Virus record (IMG/VR): IMGVR_UViG_3300045988_173726
Location: 64,001-128,000 of that record
Strand: one strand, 5' to 3'
Length of the DNA: 64,000 bases
Source: a virus
Part shown: piece after piece, positions 42,772 through 52,025 of the stretch
Numbering within the stretch: position 1 is the first letter of the stretch
How the letters are laid out: each line of letters starts with the position of its first letter
Notes under the pieces: generated by a model
The model's input: the letters and a program-made list of their open reading frames with translations, nothing else
Databases searched by the model: none
Told to the model about the DNA's origin: nothing
Program-made: the position numbers and the translations under genes

Positions 42772-44361
42772 ATGGAGATAAAAGAGCTACTTAATGGGGT
42801 AATAGACGAGAGAGAGCTTGATTATCGGGTGTTAATCGGGGAAGAGGGGGCTTCAAAGCCCCCGTTAATCCCGTTTTTTAATTTAATGCCTGCATTAAAC
42901 TTAATGCATCGGCATTTGGTTCGTGGCGGGAGTGTGTTAATTCACGCAGATGTTGATATGGACGGGTTAGGCGCAGCGAAAGTTGTAAGAGAGGAGCTTA
43001 ATGCGATTGGGTTTAAGGATATAAAGACCTGTATCAACAGTAAGCGGGAGCATGGGATGAATCCGCAGATAGTGTCTCATGTGAATAGCAAGAAGCCGAG
43101 TTTATTTATAGTCGTAGACAGTAGTAGTAACGACTTAGAGTATATAAAGGCTTTGGAGTGCGATGTAATGGTCTTAGACCATCATATAGTAGAGCATAGC
43201 GAGTATTCTGGAAAGACAGCTGGCGGGGAGTATCTAATCATAAACTGTATGATAGATAACAAGGCAGATGGTTATGAAGCAGACGAGGATATGTCGGGAG
43301 CATTGGTAGCTTACGAGTTTTTCCGTCAGTATGAGGACAGAGTAGACAGGCATTATCTTGAGGGTCTTAAGTTGTATCAGTGGGTCGGGGTAACTTTGAT
43401 TTCCGACATCATACGGACGGGGAATGCAAGGAACCAGTGGTATATCGAAAGGACGATAAATCAGACAGAGCTTAGAGACGAGTTGCGGGTTTTAATGCGG
43501 GTGTTGAATCCGAACGAGAAGAGGCTAACGCGGTCGTTTATCGCCTATAAGCTAGTCCCTGCGGTAAATAAGGCGATACGGGCGGGGGCTACAGCGGTAG
43601 CACTGTATGTAATCATGGCACATCCAGAGGAAGCATATAAGCTAGAGGTTTACGGGAAGTATCAGCCGAAGGTAAACGACATTCCGAAGCGGGTTGTGCG
43701 GATAGAGAACGGAATCGGGATAGTCGATTTAGGTGAGCTTAATTTAGCGGTGAATGTGCTTGGGTTAGCGGTAAACTATACGGGCTTGGTAGCGGCTATG
43801 GTAATGAGAAAGCATAACTGTAGTGCGATAGCATATGTGCGTGATACGGATAGCGAGGGGAACACGATTTTCCGTGGGTCATTTCGCGGGAGAGCGCACG
43901 GATTGCCCTATAAGGAGATAGCCACGAAGTATAGTATTATGGCGCAGGGGCATACGAACGCCTTTGGTATAAGGGTAAAGCCTAGTGAGTTAAGCCGTTT
44001 AACGGGGGCGCTAGGTATTAGTGAGAGTGCCTATCGGTATAAGCCGTATTGCACGATGTATCCGATACGGGATGACTTGCGGGGGCGACATTTTAAGGAT
44101 TTAGGGGAGCTAAGAGAGGGGAAGAAACTTTTGTATCTCGGGATAGCGAATAGTCGGTTGTCGTCCGATGAGCAGATAAATGTGACGATGGAGAGTAAGA
44201 ATCTAGTGCTTACGGAGGAGCATACGAACTACTACAAGTACGAGATAGACGGCTACGAGGTAACAGCCTTTGAGCGCGTGAAAACGGAATTTGTAGACAT
44301 ATATTTTGAGTATGGTGAGTATCTTCGTGGCTATGTGCGAGCTAGACACGACAGCATTTAG
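42772..44361 (+). CDS. DHH/DHHA1-family phosphoesterase (RecJ-like)
   Basis: IHADVDMDGLGAA, FIVVDSSSND, VMVLDHH (the DHH motif) and the later QGHTNAFG (DHHA1-like GH..A.G). The ATG abuts the B6 stop (TAAATG). Confidence 0.65.
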   Translation: MEIKELLNGVIDERELDYRVLIGEEGASKPPLIPFFNLMPALNLMHRHLVRGGSVLIHADVDMDGLGAAKVVREELNAIGFKDIKTCINSKREHGMNPQIVSHVNSKKPSLFIVVDSSSNDLEYIKALECDVMVLDHHIVEHSEYSGKTAGGEYLIINCMIDNKADGYEADEDMSGALVAYEFFRQYEDRVDRHYLEGLKLYQWVGVTLISDIIRTGNARNQWYIERTINQTELRDELRVLMRVLNPNEKRLTRSFIAYKLVPAVNKAIRAGATAVALYVIMAHPEEAYKLEVYGKYQPKVNDIPKRVVRIENGIGIVDLGELNLAVNVLGLAVNYTGLVAAMVMRKHNCSAIAYVRDTDSEGNTIFRGSFRGRAHGLPYKEIATKYSIMAQGHTNAFGIRVKPSELSRLTGALGISESAYRYKPYCTMYPIRDDLRGRHFKDLGELREGKKLLYLGIANSRLSSDEQINVTMESKNLVLTEEHTNYYKYEIDGYEVTAFERVKTEFVDIYFEYGEYLRGYVRARHDSI

Positions 44362-44370
44362 ACCTCACTT

Positions 44371-44430
44371 AATACCGCCTTTGTATCTTGGGCATAACTT
44401 AAAGTCTCAAGAGAAAGGCGGTATTTTGCT
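44371..44430 (+). terminator. long hairpin, possible terminator or attenuator ahead of the Tad operon
   Basis: 12-bp arms AATACCGCCTTT/AAAGGCGGTATT with an inner TCTTG/CAAGA helix, then TTTTGC just before the GTG at 44431. Confidence 0.45.
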
Positions 44431-45261
44431 GTGAAGATTGGAAATAAAGTCGTTCACAAGACATCATTGAATGAGGGAAAGAGCCTTGTGCCTGTAATTG
44501 CGGTAGGTGCGGGTATCGTAGGCGCAGTGGTTTATGTGTCGCTTGTCGGTAGGAATGCGAGTAAGAGCGTACAGGTTGCGCAGTTAAAGAGTAGCGTTTA
44601 TAAGAATCAGCCGATTACGCTGGATATGCTACAGCCGTATGATATGTTGCAGGCAGAGTATGACAAGCAGATAATGTCCACGGCGAATAGTGACGGCACG
44701 GTGGAGAAGCGTTTAGTTGCTTGGAAAGATGTGCAGGGCTATTTGTCGCAGGGTGCGTTTGCGGCGTATCAGCTTCCGAAGGAGAGTTTTCTCGATTTAA
44801 GGACGCTTATGACGAGCAGAGTGGACAATAGCGACAGTGTTCTTTACAGTTTCCCGGGAAAAGAGGTTGTACAGCTTGAAGTAAACGGTGCAGACTTAAA
44901 TGCGTTCAAGACTTTCATACAACCTGGAGATAAAGTAAACATTGATGCTATATACTCCGAGGATATGCAGAGTGGTAACGACAGAGTTAAGATATATCGT
45001 TCCGAGCCAGTGTTTACGGGCATTATGATAGCGGATATTATCAACAGTTCGGGTGCTTCGGTATTAGACATGTATGCAGAGTATAACGCAATGTCCGAGG
45101 TAGATAAGGCGGCATTGGATAACGATGCGACATGGCAGGAGCAGACAGAGCCGAGTTCGCTGTTAGTCGCCTTAACGCCAGATGAGAAGGACAGCTATTA
45201 TAAGTTCTTAAATCGCGACAATGTGAAGTTTAAGGTGTCGTTGCCGCAGAGAGCGGACTAA
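44431..45261 (+). CDS. CpaB/RcpC-like Flp pilus assembly protein
   Basis: N-terminal TM segment LVPVIAVGAGIVGAVVYVSLV, then a SAF-like segment VQVAQLKSSVYKNQPITLDMLQ. First gene of the Tad cluster. Confidence 0.5.
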   Translation: MKIGNKVVHKTSLNEGKSLVPVIAVGAGIVGAVVYVSLVGRNASKSVQVAQLKSSVYKNQPITLDMLQPYDMLQAEYDKQIMSTANSDGTVEKRLVAWKDVQGYLSQGAFAAYQLPKESFLDLRTLMTSRVDNSDSVLYSFPGKEVVQLEVNGADLNAFKTFIQPGDKVNIDAIYSEDMQSGNDRVKIYRSEPVFTGIMIADIINSSGASVLDMYAEYNAMSEVDKAALDNDATWQEQTEPSSLLVALTPDEKDSYYKFLNRDNVKFKVSLPQRAD

Positions 45262-45273
45262 GGGGGTAGGTTC

Positions 45274-46197
45274 ATGGCAGATATGCAGGATATACTTAAC
45301 TCTTCGGATATGGCTGACGGAAACGACTTACGGAGTAAGACAGATAAGGCGGTAGGTCGCTTAATCAGTCGTTTTTCTGGGGCAGATGAGAGTAGGAAGA
45401 TAGTAAAGCGGGTGTTAAACAATGTCATCGTGTTTATGGGAGCAAGCGGTGGCGCGGGAGCAAGCACGCTGGTCGCGACAGAAGCGGTTGCGATGAAGGA
45501 GAAGGGTCTTACGGTAGCGGTAGTTGACCTTGGAATCATGTTTCCGAGTCAGCATATCTATTTTGACTTAGACCAGTCTATCGGAAAAGCAGATTTAGTT
45601 TCGTATCTTTCGGGTAATAACGGGTTAAATGTGTCGCTTGAGTATAGCGATGTGCTGTTTAACAACGAGGCTACGGGGGTGGCAACGCTAACTGCTTGTA
45701 ACAGGACGCTTCGGGACTATGTGGTTATTGACAGTTCAAATGACGCGGTGCAAGCTTTAACGGAGGCATTAAACAGGCTTTCGAGTTTATTTGATGTAGT
45801 TCTAATCGACTGTAAGCTTGATTTAAGCTCTATGCTTGTGCAGACGACTCTGTTTAGGGCAGATAACATCTACTTGGTTATGGACGATGGGGTGCAGTCG
45901 CTCATAAATGTCAGTAAGCTCCGCGCAAACCTAGACGATTCGGGTATAAACACGAATAAGGTGCGTTATATCATGAACAAGCGTAAGAGTTTCTATTACG
46001 CAGAAAACAACTTAAAAGCGCTCGGTATAGAGTTAATCGGTATTTTGCCGTTTGAGATGGGTGTAGTCGAGTGCGGTTTAAGGGGACAGCTATTTACGGT
46101 ATCGGGAAAGAATACTAGCAAGACTTCCCCGAAGTATTTAGAGGCGGTAGACAGTCTAACGGCATCAATCCTTGAGATAGGAGGATATACAGAGTGA
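45274..46197 (+). CDS. TadZ/CpaE-like MinD/ParA-fold protein with a degenerate P-loop
   Basis: VIVFMGASGGAGASTLVATEAVAMKEKGLTVAVVDLG aligns to the ..SGKGGVGKTT..A..LA..G..V.LVDLD pattern, but both Lys are absent. Sits immediately upstream of the CpaF-like ATPase. Confidence 0.55.
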   Translation: MADMQDILNSSDMADGNDLRSKTDKAVGRLISRFSGADESRKIVKRVLNNVIVFMGASGGAGASTLVATEAVAMKEKGLTVAVVDLGIMFPSQHIYFDLDQSIGKADLVSYLSGNNGLNVSLEYSDVLFNNEATGVATLTACNRTLRDYVVIDSSNDAVQALTEALNRLSSLFDVVLIDCKLDLSSMLVQTTLFRADNIYLVMDDGVQSLINVSKLRANLDDSGINTNKVRYIMNKRKSFYYAENNLKALGIELIGILPFEMGVVECGLRGQLFTVSGKNTSKTSPKYLEAVDSLTASILEIGGYTE

Positions 46198-47744
46198 ATC
46201 CAGAGCAGTATTTGCATATGCAGTCAAAGCGTGGTGCAAAGCAGACCACGACAGACAAGACAGCGCGTCCGTTTGAGAGTGTATTAACGGAGTGCAGAGG
46301 GTATATCGACAAGAATGCCGATTCGCTGGAGAGTAAGTCGGGTACAGAAAAGACAAAGAAGATAGGCGAGTTGATTTTGTCGTATCTGATGCAGGCGAAG
46401 CCGTTGGTCGAGGGGTTTATAAACGCGGACGGCACTTCCGACACACAGGGGTTAACCCAGCGTTTAACGCAGGAAATCACGGATTACGGTATTTTAACGG
46501 ATGCGTTAGAGAACGATGACATTTTCGAGATACGAGATAACGGTCGAGAGATAAAGGTCGAGATAAAGGGACATGTAGAGGACTATCGCGACCCAAAGAC
46601 AGGTCATATCGTAAGGTTTGACTCGCCAGAACAGCAGAAAACGGTCATTGCGAAGTTGCTCGGCGATGTGAGACTTACGCCAAAGGACGCAGTGGTTAAT
46701 GCGAGAACGGTGCAGGGCTATCGTGTAGCGGCATTGCATAGTTCGGCGCAGTCGAAAGACCCGATAGACCCGTCAAACGACCAGTATGCTTCGTTTGTTC
46801 TCCGTAAGTTTAAGCGGAATCGAATGAATCTTGGCGACATAGTAAAGAGCGGTACGCTAAGTGACAACATGGCGCGTTTACTTGCACTTAGTATGTCGGG
46901 AAGTTTAACTTTCTTCACCGTTGGACCAACATCTTCTGGTAAGACGACAACGAACCAAGCGATTTTGCAGGCAACGCCGCCTAAGCAGAGAGTTGTGTTG
47001 CTACAGAATCCGTCCGAGATAGACCTTCGTATGCGAGATTCAACGGGTCGTATCATAAACGATGTGTTGCACTTAGAGGCAAAGGACGACATACAGAATC
47101 CGCTCCCGACTTCTCCGACTATGGAGAACTTGATGAAGCACATTTTGCGACTTTCTCCGACATTTGTGTGTTTCGGTGAGCTTCGAGATAATGTAGAGTT
47201 TCAGCGTGGCATCAGTATCGGTTTAGCGGGTCATCCGTTTAACTGCACCTATCACGCCGAGGATTCGGCGGGTGCAATCGACCGATTCTTAAAGGCGTAT
47301 ATAGCGGCTTCTGGAGAGGGTATAGACACTTCGATGAGTACACTAACGAGGCTTTTGAATTTGATTATTGTGCAGAAGATACTGCCAGACGGCACGCGAA
47401 AGATTTTACAGATTTCGGAGGTAATCGGCACAGACCCGAACGATTCAAGCAAGCCGATAATCAACGATATTTACAGGTATGTGATTGACGAAGAGCCAGA
47501 CCTTGACGATGAGGGAAATGTTCTTCGGATTAACGGTAAGCATAAGCGGGTCGGTTGTTTATCGGAGAAGATAGTGCATAAGTTAAAAATCGAGGGTGTT
47601 GCGACAACGCGGTTTGATTTTCTGTTAAAGCCGCCGACAGCGGACGAGGTAGAGACTTATGAGGGCAACTACGAGACGATTATCCATTACGGCTTGGATA
47701 AGCTAAGAGAGCAGAAGCGCATGAATGCGTTAAAGAAGGACTAA
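46194..47744 (+). CDS. cpaF: CpaF/TadA-type secretion ATPase (VirB11/GspE superfamily)
   Basis: Walker A FTVGPTSSGKTTT. FVCFGELRD box. RLNLIIVQK..PDGTRK..ISEV, typical of the CpaF C-terminus. Confidence 0.85.
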   Translation: MNPEQYLHMQSKRGAKQTTTDKTARPFESVLTECRGYIDKNADSLESKSGTEKTKKIGELILSYLMQAKPLVEGFINADGTSDTQGLTQRLTQEITDYGILTDALENDDIFEIRDNGREIKVEIKGHVEDYRDPKTGHIVRFDSPEQQKTVIAKLLGDVRLTPKDAVVNARTVQGYRVAALHSSAQSKDPIDPSNDQYASFVLRKFKRNRMNLGDIVKSGTLSDNMARLLALSMSGSLTFFTVGPTSSGKTTTNQAILQATPPKQRVVLLQNPSEIDLRMRDSTGRIINDVLHLEAKDDIQNPLPTSPTMENLMKHILRLSPTFVCFGELRDNVEFQRGISIGLAGHPFNCTYHAEDSAGAIDRFLKAYIAASGEGIDTSMSTLTRLLNLIIVQKILPDGTRKILQISEVIGTDPNDSSKPIINDIYRYVIDEEPDLDDEGNVLRINGKHKRVGCLSEKIVHKLKIEGVATTRFDFLLKPPTADEVETYEGNYETIIHYGLDKLREQKRMNALKKD

Positions 47745-47756
47745 GGGGGTGATGGA

Positions 47757-48749
47757 ATGAAGATAAGCCCGTCACTTTATACGGTAGCGGGGGCTTCAAA
47801 GGTGGCGACACTGGTGATAATCCTCCTAGCGCTGTATGTGTTTATCGTTTGGTTTGGGATACATCCGCTAGATGTATTGCTTATCGGCTTAGACAAGTTC
47901 ACAAGGCTTGTAGGTCGGAGGGTAAATAGGCTTGACGAGCGGTATAAGCGAAATGTCGAGGTAGGTAAGCTTCGTGACGGAAGTAACTCGGTTAGGCTTT
48001 ATAAGTTTATGAACGACTTAACGATAGACTTAGGGTATAAGCGAAAGGGTGTAACGCCATACGAGTTGATGCTGTTTATTCTAGTCATATCGGTAGTGGT
48101 ATCGCTTTTAATCGGGGAGCTGATATTTAGAAGCCTGTTGCTTTCATTTCTAGCGTTTATCCCAGTGCTTTTGTCGGTGTGTTGCATCCTTTATACGAAG
48201 GCAAATATCTCGCATGATAGCCGAATCGAGGCAGTTATTTTAGCGGAGAACATAATCTCTGCAAATATCGACCGAGGCGTGGTCGTTGCGATAAGGACAA
48301 ACATTGAGTCGATGCCGATAAGCATTAAGTCCGAGTTTACGAAGTTTTTAGACAGGGTAGAGACGCAGAACTACTACATCGAGACAGCACTATTAGAGCT
48401 AGGTGCGTCCCTTGGTTCTATATCGGACGATTTTATCAGTAAGTGCATCACTTTCGAGCTTGAGGAAGAGGCTGGTTTAGCTGGTATCTTCAAAGATGTG
48501 GTAGAGGTGAATAACATAAAGACCGAGCTTAGAATCGACATGAAGCACAAGTTTGAGGCAGTGACATTTGACTTCATAATCAGTGCTACGATGGTGTTTG
48601 TGTTTTTAATCGGTGCGATAGCGATATATCCGATTTTGCAGAGATTTTATTTCCGAATGATAGTAGGACAGCTTCTTCTCCTAGTGGATTTCATGCTTGT
48701 GGTGTTTGAGTTTGTCTACATCACTTATCTTAGAGCAAAAGAGGTGTAA
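47757..48749 (+). CDS. TadB-like inner-membrane platform protein
   Basis: Polytopic, with TM segments at both ends and a soluble middle. Sits directly after the CpaF-like gene. Confidence 0.55.
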   Translation: MKISPSLYTVAGASKVATLVIILLALYVFIVWFGIHPLDVLLIGLDKFTRLVGRRVNRLDERYKRNVEVGKLRDGSNSVRLYKFMNDLTIDLGYKRKGVTPYELMLFILVISVVVSLLIGELIFRSLLLSFLAFIPVLLSVCCILYTKANISHDSRIEAVILAENIISANIDRGVVVAIRTNIESMPISIKSEFTKFLDRVETQNYYIETALLELGASLGSISDDFISKCITFELEEEAGLAGIFKDVVEVNNIKTELRIDMKHKFEAVTFDFIISATMVFVFLIGAIAIYPILQRFYFRMIVGQLLLLVDFMLVVFEFVYITYLRAKEV

Positions 48750-48751
48750 GT

Positions 48752-49846
48752 ATGTGGCAGTTTTTAATACCCCTAGCAACAGCCGAGGGATTTGGCGGCA
48801 AGATAGACGGTGGAGAAGTCGGCAGGGCAGTAGAGAAGGTAACGCCAAAGGGCTACAACTACGAGTTCTTTGATACGAGCATAATGCGGCAGTATAGCAC
48901 CTATTTACAGGTGAAGGTCGCACTAATCGTGCTTATCGTATTGCTTGGCTTTGTGATTATCACCCGTTTACTGGGAATCGGAAGTATTTTCGGAAGTGCT
49001 TTTGCGGAGAAGGCGGTAAGAGCAGAGAAGAGTAGCGTAGAGTCGTTGCGGTCGCGAGATGCGTTTGTTTTGCGGGCGAATAAGGCAATGGACGCTATCA
49101 CGCGGGCGGTCTACGGCAGGGGAATACGAGTTTCCAAAGAGAAGCTATCGTATATGCAGTACAACCTAGAGCGAGCAGGGGTTCGGATAGCGGGTGGCTA
49201 CCGATATATGAAGCCAGACGAGTTTAACGCGCTTTGCACGCTCGGTATGGCGATAATGATGTTGGTAGGTGTGCTGATTGCGGCGTTTATCAACATCATC
49301 CTCGGGGGAATGATATTTGCGCTTGCGATAATCGTGTTTAGCGTAGCTCCGATGCTGATTGTGCGTTCGATAGTCGCGGCAAAGGACGAAGTGATAAAGA
49401 ATGAGTTTCCCGACTTGTATCTAATGGTGCATTACGAGTTGATGGCAGACAGTGGAACGCCGCTAGCAAGAACTTTCCAGTCGTATAAGAGAATTGCTCG
49501 GTCGGATGAGATGAAGCAGTTTGTGAGTGAGAGCATAAACTTGATGGACACATACGGCGAGTTTGACGCTACGGAGCATATCGCGTCACGGTATCGAGAG
49601 ATACAGGATGTGACGAGGCTCATGCGCTTAATCAGACAGCAGGGCGAGGGCGGTGACATAAAGCCAGAGCTTATGGGTTTCCGAAAACAGGTCATAGACG
49701 CGAAGCGGTATACGATAGGCAAGCGCGTAGACAGGCTAATCATGATGGCGAGGGGTTCACTGTTTTTGCTGAATATCCCGCTCATGCAGGCAATTTTAAG
49801 CGGTGTGCTTGCGGTCGTAGGCTTTGGTGGAACGAGTCCAATGTAA
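48752..49846 (+). CDS. TadC-like inner-membrane platform protein
   Basis: Same architecture as the previous ORF. The pair follows the canonical tadB-tadC order. Confidence 0.55.
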   Translation: MWQFLIPLATAEGFGGKIDGGEVGRAVEKVTPKGYNYEFFDTSIMRQYSTYLQVKVALIVLIVLLGFVIITRLLGIGSIFGSAFAEKAVRAEKSSVESLRSRDAFVLRANKAMDAITRAVYGRGIRVSKEKLSYMQYNLERAGVRIAGGYRYMKPDEFNALCTLGMAIMMLVGVLIAAFINIILGGMIFALAIIVFSVAPMLIVRSIVAAKDEVIKNEFPDLYLMVHYELMADSGTPLARTFQSYKRIARSDEMKQFVSESINLMDTYGEFDATEHIASRYREIQDVTRLMRLIRQQGEGGDIKPELMGFRKQVIDAKRYTIGKRVDRLIMMARGSLFLLNIPLMQAILSGVLAVVGFGGTSPM

Positions 49847-49931
49847 GTTTATCTGCGAGAAATTTTAGATACCGAGACCTATACCGAGTATGTTTTCGGT
49901 CGTGAAATTAAAGCGAAAGGAGGAATATCCT

Positions 49932-50222
49932 ATGGGAAAGGGAGCTGTAAAGACGATGACCACGATAGGTGCGGTTGTCGCATGTGTCATGCTTCTTGCT
50001 TTCGGACTGAATGTTATCCTTCCGAATACGGTTGCGGGCGTTATCAATGCGCTTGAGAACGGTCTTAGAAACGCTACGGGTGTTACGATTGACATCAACG
50101 GCGATAACAAGGCTGGTGAGCGCACGAATAAGGCGGTCGTGAACGGTGCGAACGATGCGGCGGCAAAGGGCGCAAAGGTCGGCGGCTTTAGCAAGATGCA
50201 GGAAGAGAACAACGGTAGATAA
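49932..50222 (+). CDS. small secreted/membrane protein in the pilin position (candidate Flp-type pilin)
   Basis: ATG 49932 lies about 9 nt after AGGAGG. Short charged leader followed by the hydrophobic helix TIGAVVACVMLLAFGL. A strong terminator follows. No canonical G/xxxEY site seen. Confidence 0.35.
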   Translation: MGKGAVKTMTTIGAVVACVMLLAFGLNVILPNTVAGVINALENGLRNATGVTIDINGDNKAGERTNKAVVNGANDAAAKGAKVGGFSKMQEENNGR

Positions 50223-50242
50223 GGTTTAGCCGTTGTGCTGGG

Positions 50243-50290
50243 GCAGGACGCCTAACACCTACATACGGGCGTTAGGTGTCCTGCTTTTTG
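50243..50290 (+). terminator. intrinsic terminator after the pilin-like gene
   Basis: 17-bp imperfect stem GCAGGACGCCTAACACC/GGCGTTAGGTGTCCTGC followed by TTTTT. Confidence 0.75.
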
Positions 50291-50310
50291 ATTAGAGTTA
50301 GGAGACTTGT

Positions 50311-50925
50311 ATGACAGGGACAGTAAAGAGTATCTTCAAGACGCTGGTGAAAGTACCCGTTACCATCATTGTAGCGTATTTCATTATAAATCTCGTATTG
50401 TTTTCTTACTTTTACTTTAGGTTTGCGGGTGTATCGTATGTCATAATGCAGACAGCGATGGAGAATAACTACATTCCCGAGACAGAGGATAAGATAATCA
50501 AGCAGGCTATACGGGACATCGTTTATCACAAGGATGAGAACGGGGTAGAGTATCCGAGTTCGGTGATACGGGCGAGCGGTGTGGATAGTCAAGGCAATGA
50601 CGCTTCTGCGCACATTATCTACAATAACGGCAACAAGCGTATGCAGTATGGTTCAAAGATAACGGTAGGTGTGCATTATACTTATCAGTGGCTATTTCCG
50701 TTAATGCCGTCCGAGTGGGGACAGCGACCGATGCAGTCCGGTACGGAGATAAATGACGCTTCGTTTTATGGTAACAACGGTTCTTCGGATTTGCGGGACG
50801 GTGCGAGTAACATGTCGGACGGTGAGTTAGAGGCGATTCGTAACGATAATAAGCATAAGGTCGCAATTCCAATCGACATAACCTATACAGTTCCCGGGTT
50901 GCAGTATTATTCTGACTTAGAGTAA
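50311..50925 (+). CDS. membrane-anchored protein, possible TadE-like pseudopilin
   Basis: N-terminal hydrophobic helix VPVTIIVAYFIINLVLFSYF. Assigned from its position in the Tad cluster; no motif proof. Confidence 0.35.
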   Translation: MTGTVKSIFKTLVKVPVTIIVAYFIINLVLFSYFYFRFAGVSYVIMQTAMENNYIPETEDKIIKQAIRDIVYHKDENGVEYPSSVIRASGVDSQGNDASAHIIYNNGNKRMQYGSKITVGVHYTYQWLFPLMPSEWGQRPMQSGTEINDASFYGNNGSSDLRDGASNMSDGELEAIRNDNKHKVAIPIDITYTVPGLQYYSDLE

Positions 50926-50942
50926 GTTACGAGGGGGCTTAA

Positions 50943-52013
50943 ATGGTAAAATCGGTATTCAAGTGGCTTGGTTTATCCATCATTATTCCGATATTTGCTA
51001 TGCTCTTAGTAGAGATGGCAAATATTGCAATGAATGCGCCAAAGTTTAAGGCACTAGCCCAGCTTACGCTACAGCAGTCGTGTCAGTATTTTGCGCAGGA
51101 GACGTATAAGACTGATACAAGCGGGTTTGTAGGGAACGCACATCAGTTAGTGGGAGCGGGTGGACAGCGGGACGGTGCTTTGGACGGAAACTTTTATCAC
51201 GCGACTTCTTCACAGCAGGCATATGATAAGCTGTATCGGAATAGTCCAGAGTTTAGTCGGTTTTATACGGCGGTAGCGCGGAATAAGTGGAAGAGGCTTG
51301 ACTTGTTAGCTTACGAGTTTGGGTTTAGCGGAGCGCCGCAACCCGTTCCCTCGGACGCTTCGATGGCTAAGTATTATTCGGAGGCGATGTTAACGCCGTT
51401 AAATATCGGTGTAGCGTATCTTGACAGGGAGACAGTAAAGGACATCTTTCGTTGGGAGTTTGTAGCGGCGCTAACGAACGACAGGCAAGAGATGATACAG
51501 GTAGTGGGGAATAATTCAGTAGATAACTACGCTTTGTTTAGCGGGATGCGGATTTATTACAATACTATCAAGGTTACAGGAATAGATTACAAGGTTTATG
51601 ACCTTAGAAATCAGTTTGACAAGAAGCGTTTCAAGGAATTAACGAATATGGACGCAGATACGCTAGCGGCTGGCATGTCTGGAAGCGATGAGCGTAATTA
51701 TGTAATCGTAGCTACGCTAAACTACTCAATGCGAGTCGGTTACGAGGGTTTAACGCCGATAAAGCGAATTTTTAAGTGGGCGATGAACGTGTATTACAAC
51801 AACGACCGCTCAGCAGAGGATACTTCGCAGTATGTGAATGTAGGAAGGCGAGGTAGTTCTTGGGATGATAGCTTTGAGGACAGGGATAAAGACACGACTC
51901 TAAGCAAGGCGGGTGCTAGGAACGAGGATGCGTCCGAGAATCGTGGGGACAACTTTAACAACATCGGGGACAAAACATATAGTAGCCAAGTTGTTTATTA
52001 CATCATACGATGA
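50943..52013 (+). CDS. membrane-anchored protein, possible TadG-like or minor pilin
   Basis: N-terminal helix WLGLSIIIPIFAMLLV. Assigned from position only. Confidence 0.3.
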   Translation: MVKSVFKWLGLSIIIPIFAMLLVEMANIAMNAPKFKALAQLTLQQSCQYFAQETYKTDTSGFVGNAHQLVGAGGQRDGALDGNFYHATSSQQAYDKLYRNSPEFSRFYTAVARNKWKRLDLLAYEFGFSGAPQPVPSDASMAKYYSEAMLTPLNIGVAYLDRETVKDIFRWEFVAALTNDRQEMIQVVGNNSVDNYALFSGMRIYYNTIKVTGIDYKVYDLRNQFDKKRFKELTNMDADTLAAGMSGSDERNYVIVATLNYSMRVGYEGLTPIKRIFKWAMNVYYNNDRSAEDTSQYVNVGRRGSSWDDSFEDRDKDTTLSKAGARNEDASENRGDNFNNIGDKTYSSQVVYYIIR

Positions 52014-52025
52014 GAGGGGTTTTAT

